Part shown: positions 1-38,022 of the stretch, piece by piece
Position numbering within the stretch: position 1 is the stretch's first letter
Layout of the letters: every line of letters starts with the position of its first letter
Origin: the human T2T-CHM13v2.0 reference genome, Homo sapiens
Assembly (NCBI RefSeq): GCF_009914755.1
Contig: NC_060940.1
DNA: 64,000 nt
Strand: one strand, 5' to 3'
Notes under the pieces: generated by a model
Database searches by the model: none
What the model was told of the DNA's origin: nothing
Seen by the model: only the letters and a program-made list of their open reading frames with translations
Translations under genes and position numbers: made by a program

Positions 1-276
1 GAAAAATCTGCTTAAATAACAAGATCACTGAGTATTTAAACTGAAAATATTGTTTTCTTCTGAGACATCATATGACCTATAGAGGAATTTATCTACAATC
101 TCATTTCAATAACCTGATAATAATAATGCATCTATAAGTGGCTTAGCAATATTAAAAAGCTTGACTCAATTCAAGTTATAAATTTAAACTTCAACCACTA
201 GACTGTGATCTCAAATAAGTTAATTTCTCTTTTGCAGATGTGAAAACCCAGGCTGAGATGAAATAAGGGTGATTCA

Positions 277-690
<414 letters not shown>

Positions 691-1960
691 TTAGAATAAA
701 AGTGACGAGATTACGAGTACTTAGAGGGTTCATATTTTTCAAACGTGAAAGTTAGGGTGTGTGACAAGTTAGGTATTTGACAAGTATTCTAGGGAACGGT
801 GGAAGTGAATATTTAAAATTCAGCTATCCCCAGAAAAACCCAATACATGAAATCATTACAAGTATTTTTTAGAATCAGTCAGCAAAGATCATTACTGTAC
901 AAACACTTCAAAGTTAAGGTCACTAAGAAAGCACTAACTCCTCCCTTCTGTTAACTAATCACTGTAAAGCAGCCCAACTCTCCTTTCTACCTACCTCAGA
1001 TTAATATTTTTCTCCATGGACAGATTTCCGTGCTCAGGGATATATAATAGGGGAGAAAAAAAAATACCACACAAGTGTCAGTAAGCACCAAAAAGCTAAG
1101 TATTCAGCACAGGGAGGGAATCCACATATGAGAAAACATTTGACAGCTCTTGCCTCCCAAAAGCCATTTAATCTGCTTCATAAACATAATCTGCTTCATA
1201 AACATTACCCTGAGCGAGTGGTTCGATGGATCTCCTACACCGAGTCCTAACCGGGAAACACAATCAACCGAACCGTCCCGACTCTTTCAGGCAATCAGGA
1301 AGACCGGGAGAATTATTAGACGCTGACGTCCGCAGGGCCAGGAGCTGAGAAAAGGGTAAACAGTATACTCGCAGGTAGGTTGAAAAAAACAAAACAACAA
1401 CAAACATATACACACACACACGAAAAATTGGGAAAGAAGTTGGTCGGAAGGTTAGAGAGAGGCGAGGCCGATGTCCGGTTCCGAGAGGACGGCACTGCAG
1501 GGGCAGGCAGCGATTAACTGGGCATTTGGATATGCTGGGAGTTATCTGACAGACCTGACACGGGTACAAGACACAAGAACGCTGATACGTGGCTCAGAGA
1601 AGACACGCGGGGGTGGGGCCCGCCCCGCTAAACCCCAGGCTCCCTGAATGAGCCCTCAAAGATCGCAGCCTGAGAAAGTCAAGGGTTCAAGGAGGCCCGT
1701 ACCGGCGGGGCAACGCCACAACACGGAACGCCGCGGCGCGCGGAACCTCCCGGTCCGAGGCCTCGGGGTCGGCCCTCCAGAAGTCGGAGCAGCCCCTGGG
1801 GCTCCCGGCCTCTCCTGGCCCAGCTTCTCTGTCTTCTCTTCTCAACACCCACAGCCTGGGACTGGACCCCTGAAACTGAAAGGAAGCTTCCGGTCGAGCG
1901 CCCGCGGCAGCGGCGGGGCAAAAGCAGCAATATGCTCTCAGCGCCGGGAGTGACACTCAC

Positions 1961-2045
1961 CGGCCCGAAACCTCGAATGAAACCAGCAGCTCCGGGGGCG
2001 GCGGCAGCAGTGGCAGCAGGAACCGAACATCCAAAATGGCGGCTC
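1961..2045 (-). other. AP1G1: Non-coding first exon of AP1G1 (AP-1 complex gamma-1); the rest of the gene lies left of the window; TSS approximate
   Basis: Minus strand reads GCCATTTTGGATGTTCGG...TTTCGGGCCG|GTGAGT (consensus donor, intron starts at 1960) inside a CpG island. Matches my recollection of the AP1G1 5'UTR and the AP1G1-ATXN1L-ZNF821 gene order. Confidence 0.8.
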
Positions 2046-2404
2046 CCTCGGCCTCACCACCGCTACCGCAGGCGGAGGGATCCTGAGGAAGGAGGGAGTT
2101 TTTAACTAACTTCACACACTATTGAGGAAACTTCGCTCCCTGTCCTCCTCTCCTGGTCGTTTCCGTGTCCTCGTACTGCAACTTATCGTGCCTTTTCTCT
2201 CGAATTATCCAAGAACTCGGACCCTGCCGAGGACTATTTGCCAAGGAGGAGGCGACTGCTCCTGGCAGAGCGACGCAAACGTAGCAAGGATCGGGGCTGT
2301 CACTGATGACGCGAGACGCTGCTGCCGAGTCACCGCTGCGATGAGTCTGAGCGAGAAAGATCCGGCCTACCCCGTAGCGGACGGACATTGGTTCCGCTTG
2401 GTGA

Positions 2405-2449
2405 GGGGGTAGGGGGGTGGGGGGTAGGGGGGTGGGGGGGTAGGGGGGG
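2405..2449 (+). repeat. G-tract array (G5-7 separated by T/TA), G-quadruplex-forming potential
   Basis: GGGGGTAGGGGGGTGGGGGGTAGGGGGGTGGGGGGGTAGGGGGGG: six runs of 5-7 G with 1-2 nt loops. Confidence 0.85.
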
Positions 2450-3106
2450 TGGAGCTGGGCTACCAGGAAGCGGTGGAGCCACCTGGAGGGGGCGGAGCTA
2501 AGTCAGGTAGCCCAGGAAGTGAGAGCAAGCGAGACAGGTGGGGGCGGAGAAGACAGCAGGGCTGAAAAGGTCTTCGTCCACGGGAATCCCGAACTCTTTG
2601 CTGTCTCCTTTAAGATTTTTGCTTTCTTTATAACTTAAGGAGCATGCTCCAGGTGGTATTCTATGGTTTTATGGTGTCTTTGCAACATATTTTATGAAGA
2701 GTTAAGAGGATGACTGAAAAGAATGGATTCCACGCCCGGTACCGCGGTGCTTGCACTGCTCAAGTCACTTAAACTCTCCAGGGATTCAATTTCCTCATAT
2801 GTAGAAAGAAGACTTGGACTCATGTTAGCTGAAACCCTTACAGAATGGGCTTTCGGTCTATGACTCCATGAATTAATAACCAGGGCCAAAGAAAGTCTAA
2901 CCAGACAGTTCCTAACCTGATAAATAATTACTAACATATGACGTGAGTCTTTTCCATGTGAATGTAAAGAGGGCCTGATATCTTGGCCTGTTTAAAGGAA
3001 AGGTGACCTACCTAGACTAAAATCCTTCTGCTAGATTGGCAACAAAGTACAATACAACACAGCAGCAGGCTGGGTGCCAAAGAGAACAGAACCAACCACA
3101 CAAAAA

Positions 3107-9835
<6,729 letters not shown>

Positions 9836-10419
9836 GTGAGTTTCTTAAATGATTCGGTCAGTATCAGCAGCTGAAGCCCATGTGACCTTTAGAGCAGATG
9901 GGGAAAGCTCTCTCTGAAGAAATGCAGTCAGCATCTTTCACAAAGAACCCTTCCTGCCTCTCCACGTGCCAGAGATCTCAGCCGAGAAAGGAGAGTGAAG
10001 AGGGGCACAGCCGTGTAAGAAATACAATGACGTGAGTCAAAGAGGCGGCTCCACTGGCCTGTTTTGTTATCCTTTGAGTCACACGAATCTATAAATAAGA
10101 CTGAAAGACAGAGAGAAATTAGTCTGTCTGCTGTTTCTGTAATGTTTTCACAAAAAGCATTTTCACAATTCTTTTAAAGCACAGTCCCTAATCACGATGT
10201 ATGCTGGCCTGAGACAAGAGTTTAGGAATTCATCTTTAACTTATGACAAAAGCCAGAAAGGATGTAAAAATTAAAATTCCAACAGCCAACTCCATACACT
10301 CTTTGACCTCTTACCAAGAGCATTAGGAATTCTGCTATATGTAGAAGAGTAAAGACCAAAGCCCGGAGGACATTAGCTTCTGCCAAGCTTCTTCTTTGTT
10401 TCAGAATTTTTTTTTTTTA

Positions 10420-19420
<9,001 letters not shown>

Positions 19421-19429
19421 GGTTCTCTA

Positions 19430-21150
<1,721 letters not shown>

Positions 21151-21649
21151 TGGCATTTCATATGTCTTTTACTGCTTTAAAGTCCCTTTCTGTATTGTTT
21201 AAATGTATACAATGTGTCATTTTTCAAAAAGCTATATAATTCTTTGGAAGAGAACAAGAGTAAAAGAATCCCTATCAGGAAACCATCATCAGCAAAGATA
21301 AATGTGCCCCATTCTCTGGAATCCAACATGATACATCCAGCAATCTGAAAGCAGAGCAGTGGGAACACAGGAGATGGAACAGACTTTTTGCTTCATGCCT
21401 GCACTAAGCAGAAGTTTGGCACCCAAGTATGAAGCCATCCTTTATAAAGAAGTCACCAGAGACAGCTTAATCAATCACTAAAACAAGTAGCTCCCTACAT
21501 GGAATGATGTGAGATGCATTAGGGGAAAATCTCTCTTGTCCTAAGACAGTTCATGACCATCTTCTGGAAGCTTAATTCACCCCCATGATAATGATTACAA
21601 TGAAAAAAAAGCAAAAGCAAAATTTGATTACATTTGTTATGTTCCAGGC

Positions 21650-22034
<385 letters not shown>

Positions 22035-22376
22035 TAGAGGATGGGGGAGAAAAGAACTAAAAATGTTTCACACACTTCTGGATATAACACTTTTAGGTAC
22101 CTTCGTTTTTTTGTTTTCTACTCTATTGTTAACCACTTATAAGGGTCTGTTAGGAATAGTATGTGGGCAGAGAAAAAGTACAAATTTTACCTGCTTTACA
22201 ATTCTTCCAGAGCTACTCTAGAAGCCACATGACTAAGTAGAAAAAAATCTTTCAGTGCACAATAAAAACCTCAGCTTTAAGTCAATTTTCCCATCTTAAA
22301 AGTACTTACCATGGGCCGGACATGGTGGCTCACACCTGTAATCCCAGCACTTTGGGAGGCCAAGGAGGGTGGATCA

Positions 22377-22592
<216 letters not shown>

Positions 22593-22616
22593 TCAAAAAA
22601 AAAAAAAAAAAAAAGT

Positions 22617-23253
22617 GTAAGGATAGAAAAAAAATCATACGGTAAGGTTGCAAAGAGCAAAGATCTATGGGTAGCATGAATCTTTTTTTTTTTTTTCTTT
22701 TTTTTTGAGACAGGGTCTCGCTGTCACCCAGGCTGAAGTTCAGTGGCAGGATCTCGGCTTTCTGCAACCTCTGCCTCCCAGGCTTAAGGTATCCTCCCAC
22801 CTCAGCCTCCTGAGTAGCTGAGACTACAGGCACGTGCCACCACAGCTGGCTAATATTTTAAAAATTAATTTTTGGTAGAGACAGGGTTTAGGTTTCACCA
22901 TGTTGCCCAGGCTGGTCTCTAACTCCTGGGCTCAAGCGATCCACCTGCCTGGCCTCCCAAAATGCTAGGGTTACAGGTGTCAGCTACCATGCTCAGCCAA
23001 GAACAAATCTTCTATTTGTGAAATTGTGAAGAAGGAAAAAGAAATTCATGCTAGTTTGCCTGTCGCAGCTCAAACAAACTGCAAAACTTTTGGTCGTAGA
23101 GCGTGATAAATGCTTAGTGAGGATGGAAAAAGCCTTAATTTTGGGGGTGGGAAACATGTACAGAAACTTACTCAGGTTTGGTATTATCTGCAGTTTCAGG
23201 CATCCAATGGGGGTTTTGGTAGTGTTCCCCACGGATAAGCAGGGACTACTGTA
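22617..23253 (+). mobile_element. MER44 (Tigger7-derived) DNA transposon remnant interrupted by an Alu (22681-22997)
   Basis: Terminal ...CAGGCATCCA...CCCCACGGATAAGCAGGGACTACTG followed by TA; internal GAAATTGTGAAGAAGGAAAAAGAAATTC matches the recalled MER44 transposase N-terminal remnant. Confidence 0.8.
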
Positions 23254-23385
23254 TATTTTTTTTAGATGATGTATAATTTAGCAACAAAAAGGGGCCTTGC
23301 TTGTGAATGTATAAGACAGCCCTATTCCAGAGTTAGAGAACTTCAAACCAAGCAGAATATGAGGAAGAAAGTGAACACAAGAAAA

Positions 23386-26577
<3,192 letters not shown>

Positions 26578-27039
26578 TTAGTATAGATATAGATTCAGCC
26601 AGACAAGAATCTAGTTCCCTAAGGAAAGCATGATATTATGAAATTCAGGGCCTTATGTTTCCCTCTTTTCCTTGCTTCAAGAGTAGTCCATGGACAATGC
26701 TCACAATATAATGTTAAATCAGTTTTAAAAACTAAAATTGAAACATAAACCTATACATTAATATACCTGTGTCTACACACTTGTGTATGTTACATATAGT
26801 TACATACATAGGGACTGAAAGGAGAGACACCACAATTCTTTTGTCTAGATCTGGAGATAAATGTGATTGCTTTGCCCTGGGAGATGGTAACCCTGCTGAA
26901 TACATCTGTTGGCAGGGGACAAAGTATGTGATGGAGGTGCTGAAAGATCTCATATGCCCAATTTGTTACAGTCTGTTTGATATCCTTGAGTTTTGGCTTA
27001 CTTGCACAACTTCCGGGAAAAAAAAATGCTTAGAAGGCA

Positions 27040-27461
27040 TGGGATGATTAATACTGAGAATCAACTTGATTGAAGGATACAAAGTATTGATCCTGGGTGT
27101 GTCTGTGAGGGTGTTGCCAAAAGAGATTAACATCTGAGTCAGTGGGCTGGGGAAGGCAGACCCACCCTTGATCTGGTGGGCACAGTTTAATTAGCTGCCA
27201 GCGAATATAAAGCAGGTAGAAAAACGTGAAAAGGAGAGATGGGCCTAGCATCCCAGCCTACATCTTTCTCCCGAGCAAGATGCTTCCTGCCTTCAAACAT
27301 CAGACTCCAAGTTCTTCAGTTTTGGGACTCGGACTGGCTCTCCTTGCTCCTCAGCTTGCAGACAGCCTGTTGTGGGACCTTGTGATCATGTAAGTTAATA
27401 CTTAATAAACTCCCATATATAAAAACTATTAGTTCTGCCCCTCTGAGAGAACTCTAATACA
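27040..27461 (+). mobile_element. Solo ERVL LTR, MLT2A1-like
   Basis: TG...CA ends; 5-bp TSD AGGCA/AGGTA; internal GGGTGTGTCTGTGAGGGTGTTGCCAAA and CAGACTCCAAGTTCTTCAG match the recalled MLT2A consensus; TATAAA 27206-27211; AATAAA 27404-27409. Confidence 0.88.
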
Positions 27462-27916
27462 AGGTAGCTTAAAGGAGAATGTGCAGAATTCATTGTGGAG
27501 ACTACCTCCATTCAGTCAAGTGCCCTGGGGTGCTGTAAGGAAACTTCAGCAACTGGAGTCAACAGCCTGCAGGTTAATTACTCCCTGAAGGGTTTGAAGA
27601 AAATATAACTAGATCAAGATCTCTTCTAAAATGCCAGTGTTCAAAGGACATCTGGAGTACCTCTGAGCATTCTCGGGCTGACTGATACACAGCTAATCTG
27701 TGGAATCCGTGCTACTGGTGTTGACCACACCAAGCATTGTCTTCTGTTCTATTGAAGAAGTTCATGCTCAGAAAAGAAATGGCTATGCCTTTGAATCCCT
27801 CTTTTAGAGTTTTGAGAACTGGCGTTGGGGAGATGTTCTTTCTCGCCTGAATACCATGGAGACTAGCAAGTTACTGATTAAAATATTTAAGTAAAGTATT
27901 AAAGAATTGAAATAAA

Positions 27917-28752
<836 letters not shown>

Positions 28753-30109
28753 AAAAAATGAAACTTAAAGTTAGGCAAACCACTGATCCAGAGATCAACA
28801 AACTCAACACCGTCTTGCAGGAGCAGTGAATGGCCTTAACATTGCTGAAGCTATCAAAGTCGTTTCAGAACCCGTCATGTGCTGCAACAGATGCAGGAAT
28901 TCTGGGAGGTAATCAAGAAAACTCCTTTACCTCCCTCTAATTTGCCCACAAGTTCCCTAATGAAGAACTTTGATACCAGTCAGTGGGAGGACATAAAACT
29001 AGTAGTTGTGCATACATGTTCTTTGCCTCAACACATTGGCACATTCATTAACAAGATTCCCTGGAGCTTTTTTTTTTTTCTTTTTTGAGATGGAGTCTCA
29101 CTCTGTCGCCCAGGCTGGAGTGCAGTGGTGCAATCTCGGCTGCAGTGCAACCTCCGCCTCCCAGGTTCAAGCGATTCTCCTGCCTCACCCTCCCGAGTAG
29201 CTGAGATTACAGGCGTGTGCCACTGTGCCTGGCCTGTTTATTTATTTTTTGAGCCTCATTCTCAAAATTATGAGACTCTGCCTCCTGGGTTCAAGCATTT
29301 CTCCTGCCTTAGGGTCCCGAGTAGCTGCAGCTACAGGTGTCTGCCACCACGCCCAGCTAGTTTTTGTATTTTTAGTAGAGATAGGGTTTTGCCATGTTGG
29401 CCAGGCTGGTCTTGAACTCCTGGCCTCAAGCAATCTGCCTGTCTCCGCTTCCAAGAAAGTGCTGGGATTACAGGCGTGAACCACCATGTCCAGCTGTCTA
29501 CAAATAATTTTAAAATTAGCCTGGCATGGTGATACATACCTGTGATCCCAGCTACTCATCAGACTGAGGCAGGAGGATCGTCTAAGCCCAGGAGATCGAG
29601 GCTGCTGTGATCATGCCACTGCACTCCAGCCTGCACAACAAACCAAAACTCTGTCTTAAAAAAAAAGAAAAGAAAAAAATTATATTAAGAAGAAAATAAA
29701 AAAGAAAAACGTGTTTGTGTATGTATACAGTTCCATTTGATCCCAGCAACACCTGTGTGTTTGTATTATTTGCATTTTATAGCTGAGAGAATTGAGGCTC
29801 TGGTGGATTAAATGGCTTGCCCATGGTCACATGATTAGGAGTAATTTGTTGAATTGGAACTTGAGGCCAAACTTTCCGGCTGCAAATTCCTATGATTTTT
29901 TTTTTTTAACCACATTATGCCACAGAATGAACAAGTAGAGTCATGTTGGAAAGGTAACAAATGTAACCTCTCCCAGGCCAATCCACTGAGACAAAAAAAG
30001 TCGTTCTACTTTGTAGGCCGGGTGCGGTGTCTCACGCCTGTAATCCCAGCACTTTGGGAGGCCGAGGCGGGTGGATCACGAGGTCAGGAGATCGAGACCA
30101 TCCTGGCTA

Positions 30110-30397
<288 letters not shown>

Positions 30398-31860
30398 TTA
30401 CATATGCTGTCTGTCCGCCATACCCTAACAAGTGATGTTTACCATCTAATCATGAATAGACAGAGTTACTCTGTTACTGCAAAACATGCTGACATGAGAT
30501 TACATTTGGATCTGAGATAAGCACAAGGCCCAGTGCTTGAAAGGGGGCATGACTAAATCCAAAGTAGGAAAATGTTCTTTGCACTAGACAGCTCAAGGAA
30601 AAGAAATCATGGTAATACCAGACTTGTTTCAGATAAATGCTGAGCCACCGTTACACCAATACCAATATCAGCACACATTTATTGTGTGCCCAGGTAATAG
30701 ATCTGTGTTACAAATAGAACTCTGGAGAAATAGAAGGTCAAGATTATTATCTCCTTTCAAAAAAACAGTAAACTTCAGTAAGACAGGGCTAATTTGTTTT
30801 ATATCAAATCACTTGGGTGCTTCGTTTAAATTTTTTCATTTGTAAAAAGAGGGTAATATTTATCTGGATAATATGTGTCCCCAGATTGTCAGGATAAAAT
30901 AAAAGAACATGTGGACATGCAGTTTAAAATATATATGTATAGTTTTTTTGAGAAAGTCTCACTCTGTCGTCCAGGCTGCAGTGGTGCGATCTTGCCTCCC
31001 GGGTTCGAGTGATTCTCCTGCCTCAGCCTCCAGAGTAGCTGGGATTACGGGCATGCGCTACAACGCCTGACTAATTTTTTTTTTCCTATTTTTAGTAGAG
31101 ACAGGATTTTAACATGTTGGCCTGGCTGGTCTTGAACTCCTGACCTCAAATGATCTGCCTGCCTCAGCCTCCCAAAGTGCTGGGATTACAGGTTTGAGCC
31201 ACCGTGCCCGGCCTACAGTTTAAAATTTACAAGGGCTGTTTATACCATCAATGTCATCCTCATTGTTCATGGTCATAATAATGGATACCAATGGGTTTGC
31301 ATAAATCTCATGTGTTTTTTGGATACTTTCCTTAGGTCTTTGTTGTCTAAATAATGCACAAACATCTTCAAGACCTGGCTAAAGAAGCCCAAAAATCAAT
31401 TTGAAAGTCTAAGCAACGGCTACCTTCCTACTAATAGATGATGATAAATCAACAGGGCTGTTAACTGTAGACTCAGGGAACTGCAGTTAATTAACATATG
31501 CAATATTTATTTCACCTGAACCTTTCTCAGAATCAGAGATCATCAGTTTTTTAGTTTATTGAGGGGTTAATGACTCATGTGACCCATAGGAATGAGGAAA
31601 GAGCAAAAGGCAACAGAAAACAAGTTGAACTTAAGAAAAACAACACTCAGCACTACCCCTGCTCATGGGTGTACTCTGACTTGAGCTGTCACCTGATGGA
31701 AGGAATAGCATTGTGTGTGCGTGTTTGAAAAAAGGTAAAGGAGCCAGGCGCGGTGGCTCACGCCTGTAATCCCAGCACTTTGGGAGGCCGAGGCTGGCGG
31801 ATCAAGAGGTCAGGAGATCAAGACCATCGTGGCTAACACAGTGAAACCCCGTCTCTACTA

Positions 31861-32100
<240 letters not shown>

Positions 32101-32113
32101 CTATATAATTTAA

Positions 32114-32394
<281 letters not shown>

Positions 32395-32534
32395 TGAATT
32401 CCTGACCTTGTGATCTGCCGGCCTTGGCCTCCGAAAGTGCTGAGATTACAGGCGTGAGCCACCGTGCCCATCCTGGGCATTGTTTTACATTTAAAACTTC
32501 AGAAACTTTTTTAAATTTAAACTTTTTATTTTGA

Positions 32535-33306
<772 letters not shown>

Positions 33307-34350
33307 TAAAATGAGTTGATCACTATCATAATTATTACCACATTCTCACAAGTCAGAAACATTCCTTTAAATTCCAAAATTGCTAAGTGAGGTCTTAGGC
33401 GATGTATTGCCTTGAGGACTGTGCAGTGATCTGAGAGGCAGCTTGCCATGCTGCCTAGAATATTTACTCACGTTTTTCCCAGGAGTTACAGGCGATTTAT
33501 AACTAGTTGCCAATTAACTACAAAGTTAACTTTGCAGGTAGAGCTGAACATTTCATCACAGGACACAACAGCTCACAAGTTACCTTGCTGAGCAAGCTTC
33601 CCAGAGAAAGTTATTAGTATTACGAATGGCTCCAGTTTTTCCACACTCAATTTATTCATTCAACAAGCCTCCTGTAAGGAACTTCTGGCCACTCAGCAAT
33701 GGCCTGAATGCACTTGCTTCTCTGTGGGCCAGTTCCCCAGATATGACTCTTACAGTGCAAATAAGGGTTAGCTTTCCTTCAATTTATTCCAATGGTCATT
33801 CTTTCTACTGTAACCTGTAAGAGTTCTGCAGGAAGTTTTTGACAAAAACTGGCAAGGGTCTGAGGAAATATACAAGAGATGGAGATCCCCCTCCCCAGAG
33901 GAAATAGTAGTCACTTACAGAGAAATTGTAAGACCTCCTTTTAAATAAAATATTAATGAATTTTCAAGGGAAATCCCTTTTGGAATCTGGCAAGGTCACA
34001 TAACATTAAAAGCAGGTGGAAATGAGGACACAGAATTGTTCAGAGAAGTAGCTAAAACAGAAGCTTGAGAATTGCCTATCTCTACATTTGGATATCTAGA
34101 AAAGCTTTTGAAAAGTAACATAAGGCCAGGCACAGTGGCTCACCCCTGTAATCCCAGCTCTTTTGGAGGCTGAGGCGGGGATCACCTGAGGTCAGGAGTT
34201 CTAGACCAGCCTGACTAACGTGGCGAAACCCTTCCTCTATTAAAAATACAAAATTTAGCCGGGCGCGGTGGCTCACGCCTGTAATCCCAGCACTTTGGGA
34301 GGCTGAGGCCGGTGGATCACGAGGTCAGGAGATCGAGACCATCCTGGCTA

Positions 34351-34579
<229 letters not shown>

Positions 34580-34582
34580 TCA

Positions 34583-34993
<411 letters not shown>

Positions 34994-35873
34994 TAGTCAG
35001 GATGGTCTCGATCTCCTGACCTCGTGATCCACCCGCCTCGGCCTCCCAAAGTGCTGGGATTACAGGTGTGAGCCACTGCACCTGGCCTAGTACAATTTCA
35101 GTGTATTCTTGGGATTTGCTGTTCTTTTTTTTTAAACAGAGTCTCACTCTGTCACTGGGGCTGGAGTGCAGTGGTGCAATCTCAGCTCACTGTAACCTGT
35201 GCCTCCTGGGTTCAAGCCATTCTCCTGCCTCAGCCTCCCGAGTAGCCGGGATTCAGGCACCTGCCACAATGCCTGGCTCATTTTTGTATTTTCAGTAGAG
35301 AGACGGTTTCACCCTGTTGCCCAGGCTGGTCTCGAACTCCTGACCTCGAGTGATCTGCCTGCCTTGGCCTCATGAAGTGCTGGGATTACAGGCATGAGCC
35401 ACCGCGCCTGGCTGGTTTGTTGTTGTTTCTGCCATTGGCATCCAAAGATAAAGTTCCTTTCCTAAAATGACACCTTGACATGCTCAAGTATACAAACAGG
35501 AAGACATGACAGTATGAAAGACGCCACCTACTCCTCTTGTTATGACACGCATGGTTTCCCAAGTTACCAGTGCTTCTCTCTGGTTTGATCTGCATTGTCA
35601 AAAAAGAGTTGGGGTAGTTTCCTGAGTTTCCTCTCCCTGTATTACAGGACAAGAAATGTCACCAGTGAGAACTAGGTAACACAGAGAGCTAGTTTGCAAC
35701 TCCTGACTGCTCAGGGAGAAAAATAACCAGCATTAACAGGGTTTTATTTTTGTTTTCCTTCCAACAGAGCAGCTCAAGCTCTTCCATCACAAAAATTCAA
35801 TCTATACACAACAATGGAATTCAGTAGGAATCCAGGGAAAGGGAAGAAGTGGACAAAACAGATTGAAGTTTAA

Positions 35874-36299
<426 letters not shown>

Positions 36300-36987
36300 T
36301 AATACAGATATTTGGATAAATTAGGTAACTTTTGGTTATTTTTGTGCCATAAATCTAAAAACTTTATTAGTTTACTTATCACTAATATACCTGTCAAACT
36401 GTTGCTATGGAGCTTTCTACCATCAGGATATACAACCAAAGAAAAAAAGATTACTCAGAGTAGTAAAGAGTTTGGGAATGGGATACAGCGGACATATGAC
36501 CCACCCTTTTGGGACTGCAGTGCCAAACCCGGAAATCACCTGTGTTTCACCAATCAGAACATCCTGTTTTTACTTTTTAATGGACATGCTTTTGTATCAT
36601 GTACATCATTATGTTAATGGTTGGTAGCCATAAAACTTTTTTTTTGCTTACATCTACCTGTGTCTACTCTTTCAAATTTGTACAGAAAACCCAGCTCTGA
36701 GTGTATATCTTGATCTGGGAGAAACTAGCTATCCTTGAATATGCTTGGATAGTCCAAGGGTTCCTATCTTGACTATTTTAATGCCAGTTTAGTGAGCTAA
36801 GAAATGAACTAGAAACCAGAATGCTAGTTAGTGCTAAAACGGACACACTGAGTGACCACAGGACTTCCTTCTTGGCCAAACTGAGAGAGAAGGAGACTGT
36901 CATGAACAATATTAATATTAATGAAGCAAAACACTCAGATGATTTAGATGACAGCAGTAACTTCACTATGTTTTTTCCCATTTGTGC

Positions 36988-37034
36988 TGTGTGTATGTGT
37001 GCGTGTGTGTGTGTGTCTGTGTGTGTGTCTGTGT
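36988..37034 (+). repeat. Imperfect (TG)n microsatellite
   Basis: TGTGTATGTGTGCGTGTGTGTGTGTGTCTGTGTGTGTGTCTGTGTG. Confidence 0.9.
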
Positions 37035-37601
37035 GGTACTTGATAATTTTTTATGGCCCTATGTGTCCATCCAGGTGAGAAAATATAATTGAGATCTAAG
37101 GCTTCCCTAGAAAGAATCTTAGAGATCATGCATTGTATCTGGATCTCAACTTACTTTTTTTATTTCTAAGATAATATTCTCCTAAATATTCAAACAATAA
37201 TATAAGTTGTTTCTTTGCCTTTTGACCACCACCCAATTCCACTTTCCTTCCCAAAAATAACCAATGTTAATTAGTTATGTGTTCTACTCCTTTTCTGTAC
37301 AGATACACAGAAATACATACAACCGACGCTGGGTGTGGTTGGCTCATGACTGAAATGTCAGCACTTTGGGAGGCCGAGGAGGGAAGATCACTTGAGCACA
37401 GGAGTCTAAGACCAGCCTGGGCAACATAGCAAGACCTTGTCTCTGCAAGAAATTTTAAAAAATTAGCTGGGCATGGTAGTGCATGCCTATCATCGCACCT
37501 ACCCCAGAGGCTGAGGTGGGAGGACTGCTTGAGCACAGGAATTTGAGGCTGCAGTGAGCTAAGATGGCACCACTGCACTCTAACCTGGGCGACAGGGCTA
37601 A

Positions 37602-37980
<379 letters not shown>

Positions 37981-38022
37981 TTATTGAACAGAGTTTGAAG
38001 AAACTGAAAGTCTCCATTTCGG

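Larger units (their letters stand above)
1240..2600. promoter_or_regulatory. CpG-island promoter of AP1G1
   Basis: High GC and CpG density; YY1 motif CAAAATGGCGGC 2032-2043; CCAAT (ATTGG 2387-2391); GC boxes GGGGCGGAG near 2488 and 2540; ETS motif CAGGAAGT 2513-2520. Confidence 0.85.

Noticed and set aside
989-1130. Possible extra AP1G1 5' exon (minus-strand GAG|GTAGGT donor at 994)
   Set aside because: Donor-like motif only; no acceptor, TSS or frame could be established without transcript data.
36781-37078. Protein-looking ORF (ELRNELETRMLVSAK...) in a unique spacer
   Set aside because: No recognisable homologue, and it runs into a TG microsatellite.
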